Virus record (IMG/VR): IMGVR_UViG_3300027881_000536
Span: 32,001-96,000 of that record
Source: a virus
DNA length: 64,000 nucleotides
Direction: 5' to 3' (one strand)
Positions 19,060-34,000 of the stretch are shown here, piece after piece. Under the pieces are notes generated by a model that had not been told where the DNA came from, made no database searches, and saw only the letters and a list, made by a program, of their open reading frames with translations. Position 1 is the stretch's first letter; each line of letters opens with the position of its first letter. The position numbers and the translations under genes were made by a program.

Positions 19060-22000
19060 ATGACACTCATAGGGAAAACCAGTCACTCCTTATTCTTCAA
19101 TGGGATAAGCGATAGCGTTGTATGCCCATCACATGAGTTTGCTTCTACAGGTATCAAGACTACTATAGGAGGTGACGAAGTTAGGTCCTCCCGCCCTGTT
19201 CTTGGTGAGAGGAGTGAGGAAGGTAGTTCATCTTCATCGACAGCCATGGTATCCAGTTTTTCAGTAGAGGCTTGGATTAGACCAGACTGTGGTGGGGTAA
19301 TTGCTTCCAAAGAAGGAATGTTCAAACTAAGTGTTGGCAGTGTTGGTGCTCCAGCCCCTGCAGTATTCAGTGTGACAACTCGTACCAAGACAGGGGATGT
19401 AAGAGTCTTCACGGCTCGAAGTGCTCAGACTATCAGTGACAGTTACTCTGGTATCATCTATCCAACAGCAGGTCAGTCCTTCATCGAGAATAATACGGAA
19501 CTATCTAAGGGTGGGAGAGAACTGTTGCATGTCGTAGGTATGTTCAACGAGAGGAGAGTATCCATATTCGTCAATGGGCAAATAGTGGCTAGTAACAATA
19601 TATCCACTGGTTCTATGTGCATGTTAACTAACTCAGACCTATACCTAGGCGGTAAAGGTGGTGAATTCAGAGGCTATATCGAGGGAGTGCACTTGCGTCT
19701 TGGTGTTGATGAGGATTCTGTCATACCAGCCCCTATAGTAAGGCAGAGTAGTACTGTTGGGCTGTGGAGATTCGAGGAACCTGTAGAGGTTGAGGATACT
19801 GAGTTCTATATCAAAAGTGGAGTCAATGCAGGGGATACTGTTCTCACTCTAGATACTACACAGGTCCAAGAACTGTATGAACTTATCAGTGGTGAATCTA
19901 TAACTATGCCTTCTAGTTACACGGTACCTTCTCTAGGAAATTATCAAGTTGGTGTAACTACTCATAGTGATGGTGCTAAGAAGGTCGAGATTGCTCACAC
20001 TTCAATCAATTTACTCATCAACCCAACTGGGACTGATATCAAGACTGGTAAGCCCAATAGCAAAGCACCTGAGAGGGTAAGACTCAAGTCCATCTCATCC
20101 AGTGGGTCCATCACAGTAGAGAGTATCCATTTGGATTTCGATGTGTCTACTGACACAGGGTCTAGAGGGGTGCTTCATGATAGAACTGCTTTCGATAATA
20201 CTAGCAACCTCGCACATGATAGTTTAATAGTAATACTCAGGTCTGATTTGTTACTAGACCCTGGCACTGGTAGGCCCATGCAACCACCTGGTCTTGGTTC
20301 TCAAGCAATAGATAGGAACGGTATGACAGTCATAGATGAGAGTGGTAATGGATTTCATGGTTTTCTACACAGTCGTACTATGAGTATCAACAAGTCTGGT
20401 AACCCGTATACTGTCAGTAATGCAAACTGGACAATAGATACTAAATTCCAAGTAGGCCATTCGGGTAGACACAAGTTCTCACATTGTTCAGGTCATCCAT
20501 ATCTGAGAATGCTTCCAAGAGCGTCAAAAGAAAGAGTGACTCAAACTGTGGATGGTCTATCTGACAGTATCTATGCTGTGTTCGATGGTCAGAGTATCAA
20601 CCTTCCTGAACAAGTTCCAATCAATAGTCAGATATCTTTACTCAAGAGCAACTCCCTCTTAGATGGTACTCGTGTCATCACTACAGGAGTTATCTCTCAG
20701 ATAAAGAGGAACGGTTTAAGCACTCTTGACCCTGATAGAGATGAGATAATTTCTATAGGTGGTTCTGGATTCAATATCACTCCCTTCCTTTTGAAGTCCC
20801 ATGCTACTAGTGGAGTGGAGGCTACTGATGATGTCTACAATCTACATTTGGCACCAGAGATTGAGTCTAGAGTGGCTATCTTGCAGACCGGAGACACTGA
20901 CTTCCCATATGTGGAGATTCACTACAACGCGATAGACCTCACAGGAGGAACAATTGGGGCCAATGGTCCTGCCTTGTTAGTTAGTAAGACTGTGCCTTCA
21001 GGTGGGTCGGTTATCAACACTAAGAGAGTGGCTGATAGAATCAATACCCTCCTAGGTAGTGGTACTATGACACTCCATGCTCCAGGAGGTATCATTCATG
21101 TCAAAGCGTCTAGAGTGGCTGAGATGGATACTCTGTTCAAGGACCACAATCTAGCAGGTGATAACACTGGAGGAAGGCAGTATGAGGTAGAATTGGACCT
21201 GAGTATGACACCCCCCAATTACACTCCACAAGTTGCTACAGACCCACCGAACTCACCACCTATAGGTGTAGATTCTTCTCATGCTAATGACTCATCACAC
21301 CCTTCTGTATATCATCATCTTGTTTTGAGAGACAACGGTGCTGCAGCCAAAAGCATTCCTGATGACTCTGATGATTTCAGGTTAACAGCGAAAACAGGTA
21401 ACAAAGGGCCTACTAACCAATCTACTCATGCATTTGAGATGTTCGATGTGATAGACAATTACTCGGACAATAAGGGAGTGAATATCATTGTCCATCCCAC
21501 TGACAGAAGTAGAAATCTACAACTCAGTAAGTTCACGAATGATATCAATGACCCCTCACTCTTCAGTCTAGAGTTCCTAATGTCAAGAGGGAGGGTGAGT
21601 TCTTTCAGGAGTGAGCGTACTGAAAGAGGTCTCATTCTAACGATGCAAGGTAGAGGATTGATGGATGATGTGGCAGCCATGGCTTCTGAGTATATTGGTG
21701 AAGGTTCACCAGACTCTATCATAGTGAAAGAGAGTAGACCTGATGCTCCTGTGGTCACTGTCACTCTAGGTGGGCCTGGGCAGGGTGCTGTAGAGACTAC
21801 ACCCACATGGGACAAGAGTCCACTGACTAGGCTGGGGTGGAATACTAGGAGAGATGGTGGGGCTAGGGTGACTGATTCTAGTAGCACTTCTTTGACAGTA
21901 ACACCATTGAATAATAATTCAGATGCTTTGGCTAGTTGGGGGACTTACATGTTCCCTGTGCGTGGTAGGATACATCTAGAGAATGGTGCTAGTGCTGAGT

Positions 22001-25000
22001 ACTATGACACTACTGCTACTGCTTTCACAATCAAATCTGGTGACCAGTCTGGTACTGGGCGTTTCATCAACGGTGATGGGTCTGAACAAGATACCTTTGC
22101 TAATTGGCTTACTGCTAATTCTGTAGTGAAAGGCCAGACTAATGTTCTTCTTGACCCTCTGTTCGATGAGGCTAGTGTGGTGTCTGATGGGACTACTATC
22201 AATGACCGACTCTTCCAAAGCATAGGAAGTGTTGCACACGATTACCAATTAGGTACTCAGTACGCTAGTACTAGAGCCCTAGTTGAGATACCAGTGTTTG
22301 GCAACCAGTTCTTCGATGACCCAAGAAATGGTGTATTCCCTGGGCCTGACAACAGCATGAAGATACATTTAGACCCCACACTCACAGCCCATTCTTGGGC
22401 ACCAAACCCTGTGGGAAGAAGGGCAATGGGAATTTCCCCTGCAGACCGGGATGTACTAGGTCCTTATCACAAGAGATGGATTGAGAACACTACTAAATCG
22501 GCTGTTGTTGTCACCAAGATGGATTGTGCATCTTCTGGTTACAAGATTTACTTTGATGACCTCAGTAAATCCTTCCCTGCTTTTGAGGAGGCTATCTCAT
22601 CATTCAGAGACATCACAGGAGTCCAGAAGGCCGGTACTAATGCTGGTGTCGCTGAAGTAGCAAACACTATCATGCATAGACGCATTTACACTCCTGAAGG
22701 GGAGTGGGCTATCGTAGAGTCAAACTCTGGTAGTGAGTATGTAACTGTCAACAATCCTCTTAGCACTGGGACTAGTGAACATTTCTGGAAGAATTTCTCT
22801 GAAGGGGGGATAGTTTCCAATATAGTAAGTGGGAGTTATGGGGAACCTCTTAGAGGTGACCCTGCATTAGAGAGTACCGAGAATGAGTTTCGTAGGCCCT
22901 ACTACTATGACCGGGCTAATGTTCAGACTCAGGGTGGTAATATTGACTATGGTCTTAGGCAATATGTCAGTGCTGTCGAGTTCAAGGAAGGTCCTACTGC
23001 CAACCCACACGCTAAGAAGATAGAGAGTGGTGCTGCTACTTTTGAGATTATATCTTGGTCTAGTCCTAATGCTGGCTATATCAGTGACAATCTACCTAGT
23101 TTTACGGGCTCTAGTTGGACTGACACTACGATGGAAGCCATCAATCAAGATGATGAGATACTGTTATTCACCCACCATACAGATGGAGATAAGATTGTAG
23201 TATCATCTGGTACCCCAGCAGTTGGTGATATCTACACTCTTAAGCGATTGAAATTTTCACAGAATAATTTAGGTATAACCACTACCAACTATTTCGATAT
23301 CCATGATGGTTATGGGGTAGGAGAACAGTCATGGAAGAATACTCTCAACAAGACATGGAACAACCCCTATGCTCCGGGTGGATTGAGGCATGGTGATACT
23401 GTATGGATGAATATGCACTACACCAATCCCCATGCCATCGAGGGTCTATTCTGTAAGTCTCGCGGAGTTCTCAACGAGTTCCTAGTTTGGAATGGTTTCA
23501 ATGGAGGTAGAGGAGAACTAGGGACACAGGCTCGTGATAGCATACCACTCGAGAACTTCCTGATAGGTAACACCTGTATGGAGACTGCTCAGAACTTCGT
23601 GCAGCATGTGAACAAGACAGTGGAACTTAACTGGTTGGAACTGGGATACTCAGCCTCAGAAGTTCCTGTGGTAGCATACCTTGACCCATACTTAGCCAAG
23701 GAGGGTCACGCACGCGTACTACTCTATGATGTGGCTCATGACAGGGAGTTCATAGCCTTCCATGACATCCACATGCAAGTTCAGACAGGGCAGGCTACCC
23801 CTAAGGTCAACGGATTGGATATTGCTAATGGGTTCTATAGCCAAGATAAACACAGAAATAACAGTAGTCAAACCAGTGGTGGGGCAGCAATAATAGAACA
23901 ATCTGACTTCATAGAAGGGGCTTATGCTCACAAGAGTAGTCCTTACATGGAAGTGACTACTAGCGGACAGACTCACAATGCCTATGGTATGAATGATGCT
24001 ACAATATTCTATGGCTCTTCTTTCCTAGGTAGCACTGGTAGGACAGAGAACAGTACAGTAAGAACAGAAGACCTAACCTATGGGGTTAATTATACAGAGA
24101 AAAGACATCAGTTGGAGACTGCTACTACGAATCGTTCCACCTTCTTTGATACACCTGATGGCACTAGGGCTATACCGGCTTTCCTTTGCCTCAAAGGAAA
24201 TCGAGCAAATACACTTGACCTGACCACACATTCAGAATCTAGATTGCAGCACCTCCCACAATGGAAAGATATGGATTTCGTGAGAAGATTGACACTTGAT
24301 TTGGGTGAGATAGGGCAGGCTGATGGGGTATCTAATACTGAGTCGGCTGTGCGTGAGATGGTTAGAAGAGTGAATCAAGCCGCTGCTTTACAGGGTAGAA
24401 GTGTTGGTGGCTCTACCCATGACCCTGCTACTTTCTGGGATGATACAGCATTCAATGGTGACAAGGGTTCCCATATGGGGTATCTTAGAGCCCATTTCGG
24501 TAGGGCTGTAAAGGACTTGGATGGTAATGATGGGTATACCATTGTGATACACAGTACAGTACCAGGTGCTTCTGGTAGGAACTTCTGTGCTTGGTTGGAC
24601 AACAGCAAGGGTCAAGCAGAGTATAGACCTCAGTTTCTAGTTGGTCATGGTGGTAGATTCCGTAGTTTTTGGGCTATGCCAATGGAAGGAGAGGATGAGA
24701 ATATGCACCCGGCTCCTATGCCTATCACCAAGAATGGAAGGCCCTTTGCTCCCATTACTACATTGAGACAGATGGTTCCACCCGATGATGAGGATGAGGA
24801 ATTCATCAATAACTTGGCTGATTATGAAGGTACCAATACTAGGAGAAATAGTGAGATGGCCACTGGTCGTGGTGCTAATACTGTCTATCAAGAGTCGTTT
24901 GAATCACAGGGTGATGCTAATAGAATGGTAGAAGGTCTGAGGACTGGGACTCGTGCTCGTGCTCGTATCAATTTCGGGGGATTGGTAGCCAGTGGTGTAC

Positions 25001-28000
25001 CAGGTTGGGCACCTGATGCTGGCTCCATGGGTTTTGGTATACTCAACAAAGGAGGTAGATTTGACAAAATCTACAATGATGATAGTAACACCACTTACTC
25101 TACCTATGTGACAACAGATGAACAATCGAAAGATGAAGTTGGTAAGGGGGAGTTATATGGTTTTAGATTCACTGACCACAGAGATAAAGACCATACAATT
25201 AGGTTAGTTTACCGTGAGAAGGGTCAATCTTTCGCAAATAACAATACTGTATTACCACCAGGTTTAGAGAATGAGATAATTATCTCGTTTGATGATAGAG
25301 ATATAGGTAAGGGGGGCTTTACTGTAGGTAAGCATATGAAAGGTTCTACCTATCCTGTTACTATTGACGCAGGAGAAGATAGTGTTGGTGATGATATCAC
25401 TACTAGTGTGACATGGCGAGGTAATAGTTGGAATGGTATAAAAGCACCATCGGCAGGTTATCCAGTCTCTACTGCTTCTGTCAGTGGTAGTAATCTATCT
25501 ATCACATTGAGCAACATATGGTATACAGATGCTTCTACTGCTACTTCTTTGGATTATCTTGGGCTACTAGGTTTCCCTGAAGAAGGTCTCTTCATTTACA
25601 CAGACAATCATTCTAGTTCTCAAACAACCAAAGTCTTCCGCTATACATCTCGTTCTCATAAGTCTGCTGCTAGTGATGCTAATGGTACTATGTCCACCCA
25701 CTCTTTCTATGGTGTTACTGGAGGTACTCTTGATACTAGCAATATGAGTGCTGAATACGCTACTATCAGCCCTATGCTCAACTGGACTACTATAGTGACG
25801 GATGAACTCATCGCTGCTGCCGTAGAATATGCTATGGGTGTCGACCCTAATACTGCAAGTGAGTTTGACTGTAGTAAGTTGTATGGTCCTGATGGTCGAA
25901 CTTACAAGGAATGGATGGGTGATGCTGCCACTACTGCTATACAGATTCATACTCTGAATGATAAGAAGAAAGTCACTCCCTTAGGAGATTTATTTTCAGT
26001 ATCTAGAGAGATAGATTTAGGACTCTATGCTGGTAATGCTGAGACTTATTTAACTTCAACCCAAGTTGATGATGGGGTAGTAGTTGATACTGGTTATCTA
26101 CCTAAAACCTTGTTGAATATCACAAGCAAGTTCAGAGGTGAGAATGCTAATACTGTAAGTCCTACTTTCATCAAGAGTAATGGTGATTCACTATCTACAT
26201 CTGATTGGAAGAAGCACTTGAGAGGTGAGAAGTTCACTGCTTATGCGGGAGACCACATCACCCCTTGTATTAATAATGTTATAGTGAAAGTCACTAGTGT
26301 TTCTGGTACCACCATAACAGTGACTCCTTGGCAGTTGTTAACACCATATGACCCTGCTATTGCTGCTCTTGATAATTACTTCTCAGAATTGTACACCCTC
26401 TATGACCCTAATGGTAAGTGGGCTACATATCAACTAGTACCGGCTGGCAACAATGATTCCGGTGGTAAACTAGAACTGGTCAACAAGCACAGTGATTTCT
26501 CAATTGCTCAGAATAATCATCTTTCTACTTGGGGGCCTGAGAAAGACCCTAGGGCTAGAGAATTTGCAGGGCATCGCTTAACAGGGAACACTTACGGGGA
26601 GCCACTGACCTATTTCCGTGGGGCTCATGATAGCCCTGACCATAGTGTCCCACTTTACTTCGGGGGTGGCTTCAGTGGTGTGGTTATGGATATCAATGAC
26701 GGAACACAGAATGACTATACTGAGTTCTACTCTCACCCCTACGCTTCCGGTCCAACAGGGTGTGCTGGACTGCAGAATGTGGGAGAGAACATGGGGGCTC
26801 ATGCCATACTAGATACTACTGCGATGCTAGCCATGTTCCCTGGCACTCCATTCCTTAATCAACACAGAGGTGAATCCCAACCCCCATTCACTAATGCCGA
26901 TGCCCTATTGGCTCCAGATATGAATGTCAAGAGTGGTAGTGGGAGCAATTTAGCAGGTAATACTACTCAACTGGTGGGGTATGACAATGATTCTGATAAG
27001 GCTACTAGGTACAAAGATGATGGTAGTGATGTAGATAACCAAACCACCATCACCCACCCTACTCCTATAGTCCTTAGGTTCGCTCACCCTTATGCGAGAT
27101 ATACTGATGCTGCCAGTGGATGTGCTGATGAGGTAGCCTACATTGTGTTTGGTCCTGGTCAATCTGTACCAAAGAACATACAGATGTATGCCAGTAGTGG
27201 TGTGAAAGAGCCTACTGCTCTTAAGACTGTGAGTGCTAAGTTCACACATGTCTATCACAATGACCTGGGTGGTATTTCTTTGAGAGGCTCTGGGACTGAG
27301 CCTGGTAAGTATCACCCTAATGAGATGAGCAAGGGATGGAAGAATAGTGGGACTTATACCGATAGGGCTGGACTCTTCAAGCCATATCTACCCCCTACTA
27401 TGTCTTGGCAAAGGAGTGCTGAGTATCCCTATGGAGTTCTGAGAAACTGGGAGCCTGCTTGTGGTACACCAAGTGAGTGGTTGAATACTGAGTTCGACTC
27501 TAGTAGTGCTTCACTCATTACCAATCACTGGGCTAGTAGTAAAGCCACTGCATCATTGACAATAGCACATCCAATGTTCACACAGACTACTGCTGATGCA
27601 TTGTATTACCACTGGCATATGGATGGTGGGTACCCTGCTGGTGGTAACTGGATGGACAATGCTATCGCTAAGAATCCTACACATCCTACTACTGGAAATA
27701 GGTTACCTGATAATCAAGAACACTCTATCAATAGTGAAGACATCACTCTAGGGCTGAATGCCAGTATGTTCAGAGTAGGTGCTCTAGCCCTCGAAGACTA
27801 TGACAGGGGACTAACAGAAAATACCACAGGAGATGGGACCACTAGGGATGTCTTCGTAGTTGATGCCACTAGGGTACAGAACTCAGAGGAACTGGCTACC
27901 ATCATCTCAGCAGCCATTAACTCCTATCCCGGTGAGGGTAATCTCAAAGCCATGGGCGGGACATTCCTCCCTTCCTTCCAAGATGCCATAAGACAGGATA

Positions 28001-31000
28001 GGTATGCTTGGATTAATGTCGGGATGGTGAAAGATAGTGGTTATTCCAATGGCACTACTCTGACTACGGATGAGAGGTTACCGAAATATCTTCCAGAGAA
28101 GGGATGGTTGAGGGTCAGTAAAACAGGTACTGGTGTGTTCTATGGTAGATACACTGCCCATGATGATGATGCTAGTGGTGAGGGTACATTCACCATAGGT
28201 ACTAACTGGCGTAGTGGTGGTGCTAGACTAGAGAGTCCTACGATTGGGAGTGGGACTACTGCAGGTAACCATGACGCTGCTGCTATTGATGACTCTTGGA
28301 CAATCTATGTATGGTCAAAGACAGGTAATCTGAGGTGGAGTAACGGTGCACCTGAAGCATTGCATACTGCAGACGCTTCTACAAGTAACTGGGATACTAA
28401 TGTGTTCCATCATCTCGCTGCTACTCAAGTCCACTTCAATGGCTTCGTAGATGCTATAGACAGGACCAGACCAGTGGGTGCTGTAGGATGGCATGGTGAG
28501 AGATACTCCTATCTGAATAGTCTCAAGGTAGCCAAGACTACTACTGGTCATGGTATTAGTGCTGGTCTAGGGGCATGGCATCCTCTACTAGGCTTCAATC
28601 CATATGGGAGTGCTATGGGAGTCCACGCTCTCAATGGTGCTACTGCTGCTTATGCACAAGCCGGGGCTACCGCCTCATTCACTCAAGACTCGACTGGTCT
28701 GAATAGTGGGCTACACCCTAGACACTATGTTGTGGTATCTAATGAAGCGGAGTTACCTATCATAGCGAAAGCAGACAGAGATGGTCTACTACTTTGTGGA
28801 GATATGCTAGACAAGAGATGGGCTGCTAGTAGCAAGACTGGTGGTACAGTCATAGCCTCTCATAATGCTAGGCACAACAATGACAGGTTCGCTGCTTATG
28901 CTCATGGGGGCCCTCATGTGGATGCACAATTTGCTAAGGATTTTGCTGCCCCTTCTAGTAGTAATGGTGAGTGGGCAGCCAACATTCCAACCGCTGGTGA
29001 GTTGTACCCAATGGAATCTTGTCTATTCCCTACCGGGGACCTGTTCTACGATAGGCTAGAAAACCCAGGAGTGGCACACTACCCACAGGAAGACCCCATC
29101 AATCACAATGACATAGGCTCTAACACTTTAGCAGCACAATCTGCTGTGTTAGCAGCACCTTATTCCTTTTGGAAGGGTAAGAGTGCTGCTCGAAACTTCT
29201 TCACTAATCATGTGGTTTGGAAGAGGATGGACGGTGGTAATCTATGTATGCCTGCCTCTAATGCTAGAGGATTAGGTGCTGTCCCTTGGGTGTGGCGTAA
29301 GGTAGGTAATTCCTATGTGAAGTTCGGGGAGACTATCTATGGTAACACTCGTTTCTCGTTCGAGACTACCAATGCTGCAGTGTTCCCTACTGTACAGGCT
29401 CAGGAGTTAGCCCACCCTCAGTTAGCAGAGAAATACCCAGTGGAGATAGGGGCCGCTTTGTCTATACCCAACGAGGAGATACAATTTGAGGCTATCACAG
29501 TGGTCGATGACTCAGGTCAGGAGCACAAGATAGAGGGTGGCTCACCTCTAGGTACTGTGATTAGAGACTTTTCAAGAGTAGGGGGGAGAGATATCCAAGG
29601 TCCTGCTTTATCAGGCTCTGGTAATGAGCCAAATCTATCTATTAATCTACCAGACCCTAATACCATTCCTGGTAACATTCTAGTGAGAAGTGGTTTCGAT
29701 AAGGTGCAGGCTTACCAACATGAGACCATGGGGGCTGGTGGACTTCAAAGACCTGACCTACCTGACGCTGTAGTGAGCAGCAACTTCGACTCAACTAATG
29801 AGAATCCATCAACCAACCCATTTTGGGAGAACGAGGGATGGGAAAGAGTAGACAATAGTGAGACCAGCGAGGTGGGTACAGGTTTCCCTTACAGTAAGAG
29901 TGGGAGCATGGATGATAAGGCCCCTCTACAGACCTCCTATGAGCCACATGATAGGGCACTCTACTTCCATCTAACCAAGATGGGTTGGGGGTACACTGAG
30001 AGAGAACCCCTAGGTATAGTCAGTGCTACTACTAACGGAGTCACCACTAACACCATGACTCATAATCCACTGACATTCGTGAGTGTGAGTGGCTCAGTTT
30101 TAACTGCTAGTGGGACTATCACTGCACCCATTTGGCAAGCCGAGCAGACTCCTGATGGCAGGTCATTCCTTACTGTCAATGGTCATGTGGTATCATTCAC
30201 AGGGGTCAGTGGCTCGACATTTACTGGCTGTAAGTTCACTCCAGGCTTCACAGCCACTAACGGGAATATGATGAAGCCCTCGTTTTATGTTCCTGCTGGG
30301 AGCACTCGCCACTTCGCTGCTAGGAGGCTCAGAGACCATGCTGAGGTCAGTGGAGAAAGCCCAGACAAGGCACCGATTGATTGGGTGGGCGTTGATGTCG
30401 ATGCTAGCCCAGCAACTGCCATTAGAGATGACCGTCTGACACCAATGCCCATACCTCGAATGGGACACCACTATGTAACGCCTACTATGGCTGTGATGCC
30501 TGGGCATTTATCTCACCCTCTCTATCAGAGAGTCTACAACCTCAATAGGGCTTACCAAGGTGCTACTACTAGCATAGAGCAAGCACAAGGGTACACTTCA
30601 GTGGAGAACAGCCTCATAGGTCTAGACAATGGTAGTCTATTGGAGGAAGAAGGTGTAGGGGTCAACGCCCTGATGTGGTTCTCATCCCCTTCAAGCCCTC
30701 ACCCCCCATCTGATATCCATGGTGGGGCATTCACTCTGATGGTAGAGACCAAGGTGAGATATGATGGCTATGGTATACTAGCCTTCGATGCTGAGAATAA
30801 TAGTGGTGACCATAGGCTCAAACTAGAGGCTGGTACAAACTACAGTACTCATTGGAACTTCCCAGACCCACTAGAGACTGGGGCATACCAAATTATTATT
30901 CAGCCTAACCTATTTGCTCAACAACTCATGGGGTTCAGTACTAACTATGACTTTGGTGCTGATAGTAGTACTCAGTACCCCCTTCTCACTGACCAACAGG

Positions 31001-34000
31001 TGGCCACAGTCATAGCCTTACAGTGGAACGGTACCACCTATGATTTCGTATTGGCTGAGGCTCTCAAGGCTGATGTCAGAGGCTGTGAGGTCTATCTGAA
31101 TGAGGTGATTTTGGACATAGACCCATCACCTAATCAGCAATTTACTAGCCTCCCGACATTAGCACTTTATAATCCACTAGGAGTGAATGAATCTACCTCG
31201 CCTGCTTGGAGTCGCAAGAGTCTACCTTACTATCCTGGTATGTTCCAACTTGCTAGTCCAGGCTATACTCTCACTGTGCCTTGGTGGTCACCAGCATATA
31301 CCACTGCTAGTGGGACACTTACCAATGGCGTGTTTGCAGGAGTCAATACTGATACCCAAGGCAATTCATATAATTGGAGAAACACTGAACAGTATCATCC
31401 TAATCACTACTATCACTTTTCTCGAACTGGTTACGGTTCCGTAGGCGCTCAGTCAGTCATGACTGGCTATCCTACCCATTATCTGAACCCGTATCTACAT
31501 TCTTATGAGTCACTCAATCCTAGTTGTGTAATCAAGTATGCTGATGATGGTAATGACCAAATATTGGTAGACAATAATAATTTATTCCCAGAAGTTTCGT
31601 TTGTTTACGATGATTGTATGTTGACTGTTATTGACCCAGATGGAGGTACATATGAAGCCAACTATGGTTATCGTGGGCAGGCTAGTGGTGAAGAAAATGC
31701 TACCACGAACAGATTCTATCAAGTGAATGGTTCAACACAATTCTGGGCCGCTTGTATTGAAGGTAGGAGGTTGACCCTTACTGGTACTACTAGGAAGCCA
31801 GGGGAAGTCTATACTGACAAACTATCCAGTGTTGCTGCTCATCATATACAGGACCTAAGAGCAGGTACTGGTGATACTGGCACTAGTCATCTACCCGACG
31901 CCTATCTATCCATGTGGCATTACAATCTTGGTAGACCCATGACATATTACTCTGATAATAGGGCAAGCGCAACTGCTGCTGCTGTAGATAAGAAGCCCTA
32001 CAACCATCTACCTGAGCACTATGAAACTGTACACTATCATGACTTTGGTTATGTTGCTAGTGATGGTCCCTTTGACTTTAGGGGATATGGTTGGGATGAT
32101 GATGGGGCTAACATTGTCACTCCTAACTCAATGGGTACTGGGTCAGGAGATTGGTTCCCTCAAGCCCGCACTGCTAATAGTTTGTACTATCACTATGGCG
32201 CATTCTGGCCTGGTGGCTCACGCTTTGGTGCACAGGCTAGTAGGATGGACCTTTGGGGAACTGCTGGGCCTGGTTGGGGTAGATTCTGGGACTCGGACCA
32301 CATCATACAAGAGCAAAGTACTGCAACACAGTTCAGATATGACAGTGCTTCTGGTATAACTGATAGTATCAGCAGTGTAAATCATAAGAGAAATGCTGCT
32401 TTCGGTTTCCGTTTCTGTGTAAGAGGTCCCTTCAATAGACCAAGGGCTGCGCTTTGGTCTGCCCAAGGGTTCGATGATACCTACGATAATGAGCACGCTG
32501 GTTACAGATTCGGACCATATGTACAGAATGATGCAGTTACTGCTGCTATCTATACTCCAGCAACTAATGCTAATACTTCTACTGCAGGTACTGAGTCTAT
32601 AGCCTCTGGTTATTCTGGTATCATTGAGAGGTTGACTAATGCTTCAGCCTTAATCGGTTCTGATTTGAAAGGGCAGCAAGTCAAGTATAGTCATGGTAGA
32701 AGAATGTGTAGACCATTCGGCTGTGCTGTTAGGAATATTGTGAATGACCCTTATGCTATACGCCACCACCAAGGAGATTATGTGGCGGGAGCAGCCTCTG
32801 CTGATACTGATATCACCAATAGGAGAAGAGACTTGGCAACAGCCCTCGCTCACTACATGACTGATTGGTGGGGTAATACTACTGGAGAAGATGTGCGTAG
32901 GCTTCCAGTAAGAGGGTTTGGTATCAGACCGGCTTGGGACCCGGAAGATGCTTACAGGGCTACTGATAGAACTAGAAATGCTCAAGTATTTGCTGCTCCA
33001 AGTGGACATGGTAAGGCTCGAGTCACTCTCGATTTATTTGACCCTGCTACTGCTAAGAGAGTAGGAGATAGAGGAGATGGAAGAGGAGTTAGATGGCCTA
33101 CGGTATTCAATGAAGATGTACTACAAGAAGTGGACACTATCATGGATGCTACTGGCTTAGTGCTCTCATCCAATACTGCAGAGCCACCCCTAGGTAATGG
33201 CTATACTCGTGCACGCAATGATGACTTACAACTCAATGAAGTGCCAAGAGGGATTAGTAGGAGACTGGATGTACATGCTGATGATGGTTTGTTGAAACCA
33301 GAAGCCATGGCAGGTTCCAATGTAGAGAAGGCTGCTAATGATTTACTACCAGCAAGTGAAGTTCTGCAGGAACCAATATCCCGTATCGCTCCTCGGATTG
33401 GGCTTGACACTCTGACTATAGGAGAAAGTACAGGGGGCATCGCAAATACTCATGTTGCTCTTGGGACAGAAGCCCATAGCCTACATACAGATAGAGTGGC
33501 GGGTCGTAGATATACATTATCTGGGGGGATAAGAACAAACGATGCATACAGTAAACCCTTAGCCGACTATGACCTTTCATCCCTCTCCTTTGTGCAGAAA
33601 GATGGTCCTAGTGGTAGTTCCAATGTACCTCATTTCGTACAGGTTATGCGACTCAATTATACTCATGGTCTATGGCCTTTGGGTGGTAATCTCATTATGG
33701 ATTTGAGAAACTATACAGAACCTGTGGATGATGAGAATTGGGGTACTCATTTTCAAGGGAGAAATAACTATTGGAGTGCTAATCCCTATGAAACAACCAG
33801 TCACAATGCTGATACTACACGCACTAACAACTCAGATTACTCAATCAAATTCCTACTAAGACCTGTAAGAGTATTGGACCATCGACATCTAGAAATATTC
33901 CGAGACCGATTCACTAATGCATTGAGTGCTACTGCTGCTGGTCGCTATGGGGTCTTCACCTATGATACTCCTAATGCTAGGGCTACTACTGGTGGATTTT